Assembly (NCBI GenBank): GCA_973851085.1
Contig: OZ316776.1
Location: forward strand, 2,852,001 to 2,916,000
Origin: Ptychomitrium polyphyllum
Taxonomy: Eukaryota
DNA length: 64,000 nucleotides
Direction of reading: 5' to 3'
Every line of letters starts with the position of its first letter. The stretch's first letter is position 1. The notes under the pieces were generated by a model that saw only the letters and a program-made list of their open reading frames with translations, made no database searches and was not told where the DNA came from. Below, piece by piece: positions 52,431-64,000 of the stretch. The translations under genes and the position numbers were made by a program.

Positions 52431-55400
52431 TCATCCACTGCCGGTGAACAAAGCACCTAAAATTGTCTCCAACATTTCGGGAGAGTATTTTATGTACTTA
52501 TCTGAATCCCGGAGACGACTCTCCAGGATGGGCCCAAAGTGACTGCGAAAGCTCCGGTACGCAGGCACAACCATCTGTGTAATTGCTGCTAGGGTTCCAT
52601 CCCTCAAATTTTGTTCCGATATGATCCACTTGGACTGCGTTTCAATAGTAGCATCAAAGGCGGCATTGAACGCTCTCAGTCTCTGCCGCACCAAATCGCG
52701 AGAATACTTGCCGGATGACGAGCTTGTAAGCCCCTCGCGGTTGAGATGCTGCAGCACTGGTTGCCAGCCTTCTCGTTGATACTTCAATGCATTTTGCGAC
52801 ACCTGCACGTGCAAAGCATTCTCAATTCTAAGACCTCGCCAAAATAATTTCAAAGAGCCTTCGCATACTTTCTCATTCTCAACACCACAACGCAATCATG
52901 GATTAAAGATTCACCTTGGTGGTGGTGATGTGAGACTTTCTAGGTAAAATGCAATAAGAAGGTGCTACTCATCCATGCACGGAGAAGAAACTAAATCTCA
53001 TCAGTCAAGGACAAAGGCAGCTTATAGTTTAAGCAAAATATTACTACGATTCGAGGAATGAAAAATCACTTCCCAATGTTTACAAGTGAGACCAAAGGAG
53101 TACTTTTAACCAACACGTGCACCGCAAATACTAAAATCAATCGTTAGCAAACGATCAGTAAATTCTGGTGAAGGGAAGATACCTTGCGGCCAACTTCGGA
53201 TATCAAGTCTTCGCCCAACAAGGGTCCGAGATCACTGTTCTTCACACGATTGCAAATATAATACATATTATTCATCAAGAATATGTGCCGTAAAGCAGGG
53301 TCTTGAAGCTCTTGGGCGCGTGCTTCCACAAGTCCTTCCAATGTTTGCAGAATTTGAGTTGTGCCCTGAGCTAGTCCCTTTTCTTCACCATCACCACCCT
53401 CCCAACTTTCTGCAATGACGAGTACCTTGCTCAATGCCTCAGGAAATAGAGCATGCACATATTTCAGATAATTGACCACCCAGCTGCAGAGTGGCATGAC
53501 CTTGCCATCCTGTGACCCGCCTTCTTTTTGCTCCTTAACCCAGTCATCAATGTCCCAAAATGTCTTCCCAGCGGCATACACAACCTGCCATCATCATGGA
53601 ACATGCAGCAAATAAGTATGCAGGCCAATCTCTGACGGATAATAACAGGCCTCTAACAATAATTTATCAAGTGCTTATAATCCCAAGCCATTTACTAGAA
53701 TGAATACACGACCCTCTCAATGTGGTACATGGCATGCACTAGTACGACGCATGACGGCCACTTGCTATGGAGATGAGTAATCACCTGTTTCAGGAGCTCT
53801 CGATAACGCGACCGGATCTCAGCACAAGCGTGTCCACCGAATACTTGATTAACACTGTGTTCGCACTTCTCCATGCTGACAAACATTTCAAGCAGCTTGC
53901 AGAGTTTTTCAGGAGAACGTTGACTTGCTGCAACGCATTCTCCAAAGCGCATAAATGCATCCATTTCAGGCTCAGCCAGGTTGCGGAGACATTCTACCCA
54001 GACTGGTTCTCCCAAATACTTGAACACTTGACGAGCGAGGCGCCTTTCGCCAGCATATAACATCTTTACGGTAACCTCAAGGTGGTGTGTCCAAATATGT
54101 ATCAAGTTCTGTAGTTCATCCCATGGGATTTCACTCACTGACTTCGGAGTGATGCCATCCAAATAACTTACATCTAAAGCCTGCAACAACACGTAGGAGG
54201 AAGGAACCAGTGAGCCGCGAACGCTTGAGCACAATACTAAAAGACGTAAGCAGAATGGGAAACCACGAAGCCCTGTTGAAATGTTGGCTGCGGATTAAGC
54301 TTCAAAGCACTGAACTTTCAAGGCATCTCAGGCCATCGAATTAGAAGCACGTGCTCTGGCATGAGAAGCTACAATAGAAGGGATAAAATTTCTGTAAATG
54401 TTGAATAAACTATTTGCTGGGGTCCTGAATCGCAGGAGTTCTTTATTTTATATTTTGGTTTTTCTGTTTACACTATACCGTGGAATTCAGGTAGTCAGGA
54501 GCTTGTTACTGTACTTTTAGAAATAGAGAGTATCAACGAATAATCGAGTATCAAAGACCGACTTCAAGAAGCATGAGATATAAGAACTTACTTGGAGGCT
54601 TTCTTCACATAGTGCACCTCGTTCCTCTATGTATGCATCTATGCATCTTTGATAATTGGCATTGCCAACTAGTTTTCCAATAATAGCTTGCAGCCTCTCC
54701 AGAACGTCCGGAGGGTAACTGACCAAATAGTCTAACTCACACGAAGAGGTAGAGGTCTCTCCTTCCTGAGACTCCACCTGGTCGGGTAAATCAATACGAT
54801 GACTGTGCTCGTGTAAGAGGCGCTTGAATTCTTTCTCCAGCTTACCAAGAGCAGTGACAAACAATCCACCATCGAGCTCATGTGCCCCACCTGCAAGATT
54901 ACAAACGCCTTCCTAAGCAAATTGCCTCCCTCACCCTTAAACACTAGTATTCAACTTTAATGAAACTGTTTATCAAGGTACATTAAATCAAGGAATCCAA
55001 TCTGCTCACAGACAAAGGAGCAACACAGAAACCCTATAAATTTGCTAAAAGCTTGAAATTGGTGTTTCTAGCTTCACATAACCCAGTCTTAATTGATCAG
55101 TTCCAAGGTATTACAGAAACCTCTTGCACTTAACTATATCCCAATTAAAGAACAAACTTAAGAAAAATTTTCAGCTTGAAACTGTTACGAGACCCGAATC
55201 AACAGACCGATGAATTCTACCACTTTAAAGCTATTCAAAAAGAAAGCTAGAAGAATCTAGTAACAAACTGGTGAGCCTTGCTCTGTTCTTGACAACGGCA
55301 AGTTCTAAGATACTACAGCGGCTTGCCCTTTTGCATACCTATGTGTTGGGACTTGAGAGTTGCGAGGGATTCATTCAGCCGTCGAATGCGCAAAATGTCC

Positions 55401-55882
55401 GTGGAGCCTGTCTCGTTCAAGTACGCCACAGCTTCCTGGAGCCACTGGACAGCCACAACAGAATTCTGCTTCAAGTAATCCACAGCGTCCTCCAGCTGCA
55501 TCACAGCAGCCATGTAGCTATCAAAATCATCCCTGGGCTCACGCAACAGCCGCACCCTGATCTTGCCCACGATTTCGAACATGCTGAGAACTGATATCGC
55601 CGGCTCCAAGGTTTTGTCGATCCGCTGCGTGAGCCCCTCCGTGACCTTGGCTTGCACCTCCAGGGGCGCCAGTGCGTGCCTCACCGGGGAGAGACGCTCC
55701 TGGACTCTCTGGAGCCGCTTGTCGGACTGGTCCAGCAGCTTGCCTAACGCGCGCGACTTTTCCAGGGATTGGCAGAGCGCGCTTCGGGCGGCGAGCAGCT
55801 TCGCGAAGCCCTCGGACGGAGCCTGCTGGGCAGCTAGCTTGGACAGCGCCCATGTTGCCGTTCCTGCGCTCTCTGTGCCCAT
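52431..55882 (-). CDS. EXO70: Exocyst subunit Exo70, Exo70.3 subfamily (G/I-like), 5 exons
   Basis: Exons 55339-55882, 54592-54890, 53785-54180, 53183-53584 and 52431-52802 join in frame. Motifs include LLAARSALCQSLEKS, DGGLFVTALGKLEKEFKRLL, SPEKLCKLLEMF, WVVNYLKY, LRHIFLMNNMYYI, RLRAFNAAFD, VVPAYRSF and YIKYSPEMLE. Confidence 0.93.
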
Positions 55883-56030
55883 CTTGCCGTCTCGCTATGT
55901 CAGAAGCGCTTGGAGCTGCGGTGCCATCACCTTCACCGAACATATGATTCTCCTTCGCCCTCCTTCCCCCTGCCGCACAGTTCGTGATCTTCTTGCACAA
56001 TTCAGCGGCTTTCTGTATCTGACAATGCTA

Positions 56031-56046
56031 AAACCCTAAAACCCTA
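56031..56046. promoter_or_regulatory. Telo-box motifs near the Exo70 5' end
   Basis: AAACCCTAAAACCCTA lies about 150 bp upstream of the Exo70 ATG. Confidence 0.45.
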
Positions 56047-58119
56047 CTCTGCTTCGCGCTTCCGTGTCCTTCTGTGGATTTTGAAATACTTTACGCTTGC
56101 CCGCCTTCGGAAGTTAGTGGACGTACAGCAGCGGCGTCATAGACTGCGCGAAACGCCTCTCCTACATTTTCGAATCTCGTATTTCTGCGGGAAACCAGGC
56201 TGATTTTCCTCCCCCGTCCATGGAGCAGATGCAGCTGCATCTAGGGGCTCGTGCTTCACACTTCTCCCCGTGCAGATGGCATTGTGCCGCAGCCAGGACA
56301 AAGAAACCTCTGCCAGCCGACGAATAGGAAGCACACTACAGTACAAAACAAAACAAAACAAAACAAACCTTAACCTCGTAATCCAGAACACGAACTGTGC
56401 AAGGTGACAGCGATAGATCCGGAACAGAGGATCAACTACGAGTTATCAGGAGAAGCGCGACTGCCTATTGTAACCAACACATAACTAACCCAGTTACAGC
56501 TTCATCCACAACAACCAAGTTGGCCAAACTGAGGGCCACAAGTGACAGAACCAACCATCCACATTGCGCTGAGCTGCAAACCTGAACGAAGCTCTACAGC
56601 TGTGATGCAAGCGAAGCGCCCCGCCTGATTTCCGCAAGTCGGCGCCATTACCATCACCAATCCCGACGACGCGCTCCACCCAAATATAGTAAATCGCACC
56701 AAGCTCTTGAGCCTTAACTGTCTTGGTGAAGGCAGCTTAAATCAAAGCATGAAACAAGTAGCTGGAAAGTCAAAATTAGAATAAGCTCAATCTGCCGATT
56801 TAGAAGCATTTGCATATACTTCTGCAATGTATTCACCCTCACGAGACATCGACCCAGTGTCGTATGTGGTGGCATGTTGCTGCTTAGAGGCCTGCGATGG
56901 TTACCCGATTAGCTGCCCCCTCTTGGACAATCGTGGTTGATGATTCCGTTTGTGGAGGAGGTGATCTCTACAGCGCAACGGAAGCTTAGATAAACGATAT
57001 ATATCTGGAGAGAAGAAATCTGCTATATCGTTTCATCCATTCAACCAACTGTTGGTGAGATGCGATTGGAAAAATCTTGCACGAACTTGCCTACCTTTGT
57101 GTTGGCATCAGCGGGATCGGTCCCTAAGCAGGTTTTGTGGCAGAATCTTGCGATCCTTTGAATTTTCTTGTTCATGGCAATGGTGGGGGATAACAAGCTT
57201 TGTAGTAGGTTATCTGCAACAAGCAAATTGGATTTGATAAACGTTGCAACAGAGCAATTGTAGGCGCTATCGGTGGGCATTGATTAGAATCTTTGACGCC
57301 ACTGTTTCTCACGATCTTGGATTGTTTGCAGAATTACTCAACAGTATTTCAGAGGCGGACTGTAGAACAGCGAAGATAGGAATCGAGAGAATGCCTGGAG
57401 GATGCAATTGTGGTACCACTCCAGAGGTGCGTCCATGAGATCTTTCACTGAAGTGGAAAGTTGGAAACGGATGGCATTCTTACATGTTTCGTCTGATTCT
57501 CTGTGGAGGTGTCTTCTCTCAGAAACCCTACATCCGTTTGTTCCGTCATCGTACCCACTTCCTGTATTCCGATCGTTCTCGATAACTTTCGTTACTAGGT
57601 ATTGATGAAGGCCTTGCTGGTAGCTCTCGTATCTAGTTTATGGCTTCTCATTTGTTGTTTTCTAAGTCTTAATTCGTCGTTTTCTCTTTTGTGGAGGTAT
57701 AGGTTCCCTGCATTGGGTTAATTTCGCCAGTGGTCTCTATTTGAAGCCTCAGTGAAAGGTTGTGAGGATGAAAGAGTTGCTTGCCTTGATGAACAACACT
57801 CGAGCTGTCGTACTTGCTGAGTGGTTTATCAATCCTTCTTGTTAAATATTTTGTCAAGGATGCAGTGCTTGCCGCCATTTAGAAAAATTATACCGAACTA
57901 AGATTACATACCAAGATATTATACTTTATTGAGAGTTTGTATTATAATCTTCTCAAATGTGCGACCTGGGCCCATGCCACCATGTCTAGGGTTAATTGAG
58001 GGTTCCAGGCCGCAGACCTGGGCTAAGGCTGTGGCCATGTCCACCCTATCTGGGTTCGTCTATTAACTGGGGTAGACTTAAAGAACTTCATCGTTTTCTC
58101 TGCAGGTTTAGACTGATTC

Positions 58120-59720
58120 ATGGGCCCAACGGAGCGAAAGGATGGATATCTGATGAGCTCAGAGGAGTTCCTTGAGCATCTAAGTATTTCAGCATCAGAA
58201 CTCCACGTCGGGCAGCTCATTGTCACAGGAATCGCTAGTCGTGGTCGCAAAGGAAATTGGCTACATTGCAGGGTCGCAGCCAAGCAACATCCTATCCGCA
58301 ACTTTGCACGTTCATATCAGATTACTCAAAGGAGCTGGAGATCTCAACGAGGCTTCCGCACCCACGTATTTTGCAGCTGTTAGGAAATAACGTAAGCCGG
58401 GTATAACGCAGAGGGTATTGATAATGATGGACTGTTTGGAAACTACATTGTGGGATATCATCTCTGATCGCAGAGGGACGTTGAACGGCCCCTTTGCTAT
58501 CTGCGAAGGGCTGGACATCATGTTGAAGATTTCTATGGGTCTGAAGTTCTTGCATTCTAGGGGAATTACACACGGAGGTCTGAGTACTAGCATTATCTTG
58601 ATTAATGTTAATGCTCAGAGCAAGTTCGTCATTGAGACTGGTTGCTGCGCTGTCTCCCGCCATGAAAGTCACTTGCCCATATCAATTGAGTGCTGCAGCA
58701 AAGTTTTAATGTACAACGGTTACAGGTTTGTTTCGGCGTCAGAAATTTAAGCCGAGAGGTCAATAACGATCACTAGTTGTTCCGACGAGTTACGCAATCT
58801 TGTTAGGATGCCATCCACCTCCCTGGGTCAAAATAGCCTCACATCTCATTCAAAGTTGATCACGACTTGGCGTTGCTTTGTCGGAAGTATTGGGATGCTA
58901 ATCCAGAGAACAGGCCTGAGTTTTTGGACGAATCAACATACTTGCTTAGTCCTAAGCAGCACATGATACCCAAGTCCTGCACGAAACTTCGGCTGTGACA
59001 GAGGATAGTGCAGGTTTGCGATGGACTACCCATAAAAACAATGAAGAGAACTCACACATGCCTGGAGATTGCAATGATATTGGAAACCTTGCCAAGTTAT
59101 CTGTCCATCGACTCCCGTGATATGGAGTGGAGGAAGCTCATTAGAGAGAGAGGCTGCAACAAAGTGTACGAAGTGAATTGGCTTGGATGCATAATTGCAA
59201 TGTAAAGATTTGAGAGTTCATTATAAAGCTCCAGCATTCGCACATTGCTCAACTGATCGGTCTTTCTATTGATAATAATGGCTGTTGGAACATGATGGAA
59301 TGTATGAACACGGTTCTACAGAAACTGATTGATTTTCCACGTACAATTCATACACGGAGCTGGTCGGAAATCAACAAATTCCTTCTCTGAAGCAGAAGCT
59401 CGGGAGTTGTGCCTCAAAATTGCATTAGGGATGAACTCTCTACACTCGCGAAAAGTTATCCACAGAGACATCAAGGCAGCAAATTTGTTCCAGCTCAACC
59501 TCCTTGGACGCTTTGATGTCAAGATCATTGACTTCGGCGTTTCCATCACATTAGAAAGCCTGGTGTGGCCATCTTTGCTGGCACGGGGTTTTGGTAAGCA
59601 CCTAAGGTTCTCAGGGCAAAGAGTGGCAAACCGCTAACAGAAGATCAACTAAAGAAAATAAACGTATTCAGTTTTGCGATGACCTGCTACGAAATCATAA
59701 CTTGGAAAGTTCCCCTCGAG
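58120..59720 (+). pseudogene. Tandem protein-kinase pseudogene (two TKL/Raf-like kinase domains)
   Basis: Domain 1 fragments lie in shifting frames: LHVGQLIVTG...NWLHCRVAAK, KELEISTRLPHPRILQLLG, LDIMLKISMGLKFLHSRGITHGGL and YWDANPENRPEF. Domain 2 fragments: KVYEVNWLG, KLQHSHIAQLIG, IALGMNSLHSRKVIHRDIKAANL, VKIIDFGVS and NVFSFAMTCYEII. Multiple stops and frameshifts have no rescuing splice sites that I could find. Confidence 0.8.
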
Positions 59721-61283
59721 GCTCGAAGGGAAGGTTACTGACCATTTCAGGCTGTTGTCACAAACAGGGGTTACTTATTTATCATAATGTGGAAAATTTG
59801 CAGGCTGCCGAAAGGCACAATGGAAACAACCTCCACTAGGAGACACTTCTAACAGTAACATGCGAACTTGATGGAAAACTATTTCACGCAAATCGAGGGG
59901 GTATGAAATCAAGCAGCAAGTAGCAACACCCTCAAACTCGGCAGTCCGGAAAGGTTGCTAGAATATTCGCTGCTACTGATTGTTTGAAGAAACATTAGTT
60001 TTACCAAATGCATTGTTGCAATCAGTCACACTCTCATTTGCGAGAAGGAGAGAGTTTGAAAGTTGAGCCCAAGCAATCATGCACTGCATGAGTGCTGTTC
60101 TTTGAAAAGTATGGCACAATTGCGAAGTTGACGTGATCAAAGTGAACTCGCGGCCAAATAATATTTGCTTTTCCAGACTTGTTGGCCCTTCGCAAATATC
60201 GATGTCCGGCTCAGTGCTCAGTGCTTGTTATCGAACTCACGACTCGGCAGGCCTGATTCTTCGGACTTGTGTGAACCATCGGTAGAACGGACGACAGGAT
60301 TCTGTCACCCAACTTCAGAATTTCTCTGTCCATACCCAGTAATTCTTCGTTGCCAACTTCTTCGTTGAGGCCTTCCGCTGCCTTGGTGGTGGATTTGTCG
60401 CGTGCTTATCGCGGGCAAAATTAGTTAGTGAGGCTGCCAATTGTGATGAGTGGCATCGAGTCTGCATGATCGTACTTAGTCTTTTGCTACTGGATCTTGT
60501 ACTTCTGCATCTGGCGATCATTGTAGATTTGCAGGTTCAGGCTTCTAGGTTTGTCGGGATCACAAACTTGGTGTGATCTACTTCGCAAGTGTCGGTATGT
60601 TAGTCGGAGCCGCCGGCCTGCCTCGGCAGACAATCTCTGCTTCTGGAAGTGGATGGTACCTCTTCGACGTCCATTTTCTGAGTGTTTTTATGTAGGAATG
60701 CTGTGTCTAATTTGACTTCGTTACCCAGGAGGTAACACAGATGTATAAGGACCGACTACTCGATCGAGGACTTGGACGCAGTGCCTTTAGGATTTGGACA
60801 ATGACCTCAGGTTATCTGGTGGTATCAATCAAATCAGAGGTATACTTTGCTGGAGTCGGAGGTTTCGCCTCTCCGTTAATCTCTATCCTTTGTTTCTAGT
60901 ACTTACTGGAATGGGCCGACGTTTTGATGTGAGTTGTGACGCGCTTATGGTTTAGGTTTTAGCTTCTCTGTTTGTACCAAATGCGTTTTTGTGACGGATT
61001 TGTGTTTCTAGATCTGCTTTTTCTTCCTTCGCAGCTGATCTGTTTTTCAGAAGCTGTTTCCTCGAGTGAGTACTGCCAAGGAGCTCCTTCAGCTTCAAGT
61101 GCAGAAGGAGTTGAGGAAAAGATTCGAGCTACACAATGGTTTTCGTGAACAAGAACTGAATTGGAGACTTTTTCATTACGTTACGAGCAACCAATTCGAT
61201 AACGATCGAAGATTTCAGCATTCAGCTGCATTGACGCGGTTTTGTGACTACATTAGCGAGGTTATCTTCTCGGTTCTCTAGTA

Positions 61284-63281
61284 ATGGGAGGCTTTAAGTT
61301 TATGTGTTGCACTGCACCAAAAGTGGATGAAGGGAGAGGCCATGGCCAGGCGACGTATGCTGTGGAAGCGTTCAGGTCTCCAACAAGCCAGCATTCCGAA
61401 TCCGACGCTTTCCGTTCCAGCTTTGTGCCTTCTCCAACTTCAGACTTCCGCAAACCTGTGCCCTCGTCAGGCAAAGTAGAGGAAGTGACGACGGATATCA
61501 TTCCGGTGCCAGTCAAGGGAAGGCCCCAGCCCAAGATTGAATGGGTCGTAGGGTTGGATTTCGGAACAACGTATTCTGGATTTGCTTACGCCAAAGCAAA
61601 AGGTCCCGAGAACATCAATACCTACTACGATTGGCCAAACAGAAGCAGCGAGAAACCATACTGCAAGACATTGACAGGAATCTACTACACGCAGGCAGGG
61701 CCTGGCAAGTTACAGTGTGCATCTTGGGGGTACTTGGCACGATCGGATTTCATGGGGACTAGGGCGCGAGGTGCCACACCAGCAGGATTCTACCTGTCGA
61801 AGTTCAAGCTGCTTTTGAAGAAAGACCTGGACGACCCAATTCTGGCATCAAGCATACCGCCACCGCTGACAGTAAACACCATCATCACAGATTACTTGAG
61901 GCACATTGGTGAGCTTGCATTGACAGTCATCAAGAACCACGAAGGGGATGCGAGGTTTAAAAGGGACGCGGTGAAGTGGTGCGTGACCGTGCCTTCAATT
62001 TGGGACGAATCTTCGAAGCAGCAGATGAAAGCGTGTATGGTAAACGCAGGACTTGTGTCTGGTGAGACGGGAGGCATAGAGTCCGTGAAAGTTGTGCTGG
62101 AGCCAGAAGCAGCTTCGTTCCACTGCCACCAGATTTTGCAGCAAGACATGAAAGTACAGAGAGATGTGAAGCTGCACGCGAAAGACAAGATTCTGGTGGC
62201 TGACGTCGGTGGTGGGACGGTCGACATTGTGGTGCAAGAGATGATTGGGAATGGCAACGACTATCGAGTACGAGAACTGACTGAAAGCTCAGGCGGCCTG
62301 TGTGGGGGGACTTTTGTTGATGATTCTTTCATGAGGTTCTTATCTAAAAAAGTAGGATGTCTGGACGACTTTCTGCGGTCCGGTGTACCATCCTACAGGT
62401 CACGCCTTCTCAAGGACTGGGAAGAAATCAAGTGTGGTTTCGGCCACGAGATGCGGTCGAATGCAACGACAGAGATTACCCTCCACAACAAGTTAGCTGC
62501 ACAGTGGGAGGCGTATGACAAGAAACGGGGTAATTCACCGCGTGAGTCCTACACAGAGATCGAGCTTACGCAAAAAGATTTGAAACTCATTTTTGACCAA
62601 GTGGTGGATGAGATTATCGAGTTGGTTGCCGCTCAGCTGATGCACGTGGAAGACATCAAAGTGATGTTCGTTGTTGGCGGGTTTGCAGGATCACCATATC
62701 TTATGCAAAGAATCCGAGCCCGTTTTTCTAGTGAGGTAAAACACATTGTTAGTCCCCCTAATCCTGGAAGCGCTATCATTCAAGGTGCAGTTTCCCTAGC
62801 ACGCAATCCTAAAGCTTATGATGTGGCGCGAATCCTGAAGAAGACTTATGGTACTAGTGTCACCTTGCTTGATTACCAGCATGGGGTTGATCCTCTCCAT
62901 TTTTTGAAAATTGATAAGGACGGGGGAAAATGGTGCAGGAGCAGATTTGACATTTTCGTTAAGAGAGGAGGTAGGATAGCGGTCAATGAGGTTATAACTA
63001 AGGAATACGTTCCACATACTGATGGCCAAACAGAGATGCTCTTCGATTTGTATAGTTCTACTGAGCAAGAGCCAAAATATACGGAGGGGGACAACGTTAC
63101 AAACGAAGGGGGTTTCTCGGTTACTTTACCAAAGGACTACGGCAGGGATAACTTGCCCCTGTTCAAGTTCTCAATGTACTTCGGACGCAGCAGCATAGAA
63201 CTGAAAGTGGAGGCGCAATTCAAGCATACTCAGGGAGATAGAATGCGCAGCATGGAGCTGCCTGTTACATACTACAGCTGA
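61284..63281 (+). CDS. HSPA12-like atypical Hsp70 (actin-like ATPase fold), intronless CDS, 665 aa
   Basis: Motifs include VVGLDFGTTYSGFAY, WCVTVPSIWDE, VVLEPEAAS, ILVADVGGGTVDI, SGGLCGGTFVDDSF, FVVGGFAGSPYL and AIIQGAV. It has no EEVD tail or canonical DnaK substrate-binding motifs. The N-terminus is MGGFKFMCC. Confidence 0.88.
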   Translation: MGGFKFMCCTAPKVDEGRGHGQATYAVEAFRSPTSQHSESDAFRSSFVPSPTSDFRKPVPSSGKVEEVTTDIIPVPVKGRPQPKIEWVVGLDFGTTYSGFAYAKAKGPENINTYYDWPNRSSEKPYCKTLTGIYYTQAGPGKLQCASWGYLARSDFMGTRARGATPAGFYLSKFKLLLKKDLDDPILASSIPPPLTVNTIITDYLRHIGELALTVIKNHEGDARFKRDAVKWCVTVPSIWDESSKQQMKACMVNAGLVSGETGGIESVKVVLEPEAASFHCHQILQQDMKVQRDVKLHAKDKILVADVGGGTVDIVVQEMIGNGNDYRVRELTESSGGLCGGTFVDDSFMRFLSKKVGCLDDFLRSGVPSYRSRLLKDWEEIKCGFGHEMRSNATTEITLHNKLAAQWEAYDKKRGNSPRESYTEIELTQKDLKLIFDQVVDEIIELVAAQLMHVEDIKVMFVVGGFAGSPYLMQRIRARFSSEVKHIVSPPNPGSAIIQGAVSLARNPKAYDVARILKKTYGTSVTLLDYQHGVDPLHFLKIDKDGGKWCRSRFDIFVKRGGRIAVNEVITKEYVPHTDGQTEMLFDLYSSTEQEPKYTEGDNVTNEGGFSVTLPKDYGRDNLPLFKFSMYFGRSSIELKVEAQFKHTQGDRMRSMELPVTYYS

Positions 63282-64000
63282 AGATAGTTTTAGTGGTTGA
63301 GTGGCTCAGCTCGACTTATATGTAATATGCTATGTGTTTTAGGATAGAGTTTGGACCATCCAACCATGATATATTAATGCAGACGAAGGTTCCTCAACGT
63401 CTTCATGCCTTCTCTCTCGGCGAATATGTCAGCGATGATACTTGCCTGCTCTGCCAGAATTTCTGTACAACTGATTATGGCGATTTTCAGTTGTTCAGTT
63501 ACGTTTGAAGCAAAATCCGGCATAGACGTAAGAGTGGTGGAGACAGACTTGTCCAGTAACGAAGATTTGAAGAATTGTTCAGATCTTGTTATCTTCATGA
63601 TTTTCGCGTGTATAATCATCTGCTTTGTTATGCTGCATTGGAGTTAGCTAGTGCCTCGCAACTCTCGCTGTTAGTTCGACTGAAGGTGTACCAAACCAAA
63701 GATGTACGATACGGTCAGCTACATTACCTTGTGCGCTCTTGCCTTGCATTCGCGAGGTTTACGGAAAAGATATAAAGCTCCTTGTCCTCTATCTTTCAAA
63801 AACTCTGCTTTACGAATTCTGCGCAATTATTGTAATCATGGATGGCTTTGTGACAAGTCCTTTGCATATAGGTTCGTCCAACGGATCACTGGCATTATTT
63901 CCTGTGTATGAAAGACAGTAGAAGACATCATGGCACACCGATCAGTGAGTGGAGCCCAGTCCGATAACAAATTAGAAAGCTTAATATCCTTCTGAGCTAT

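Noticed and set aside
43256..55882. SEC24 and EXO70 adjacency as a trafficking gene cluster
   Set aside because: They are tail to tail with no shared promoter and act at different trafficking steps. Chance adjacency is sufficient.

Overview
This is eukaryotic land-plant nuclear DNA. Gene content and intron style suggest a moss or other bryophyte (inference). Gene islands of moderate GC are separated by very AT-rich decayed tracts (about 1.9-3.5, 18.5-20.4, 29.3-33.9 and 36.9-42.5 kb). Supported genes, in order: a plant BTB/POZ protein (+); an unrecognised spliced gene (+); RPA1B-type RPA70 (-), apparently without its N-terminal domain and with E2F sites upstream; an ARP/APE1-type AP endonuclease (+); an unknown, probably plastid-targeted protein (-); an AT-rich ankyrin-repeat/PGG membrane protein (+); a decayed Ty3/gypsy pol remnant (-); SEC24 (+), with a likely U12 intron and an upstream ERSE-II motif; an Exo70.3 (G/I-type) subunit (-); a tandem-kinase pseudogene (+); and an intronless HSPA12-like atypical Hsp70 with an N-terminal MG...CC acylation signal (+). 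I found no CRISPR array, rRNA or tRNA. The most unusual items are the acylation-signal HSPA12-like gene beside the decayed tandem kinase, the truncated RPA1, the orphan gene, the ankyrin-PGG gene inside TE debris and the U12-type intron. No new biological system is demonstrated by the sequence alone. Exon boundaries were read by eye and some are approximate.
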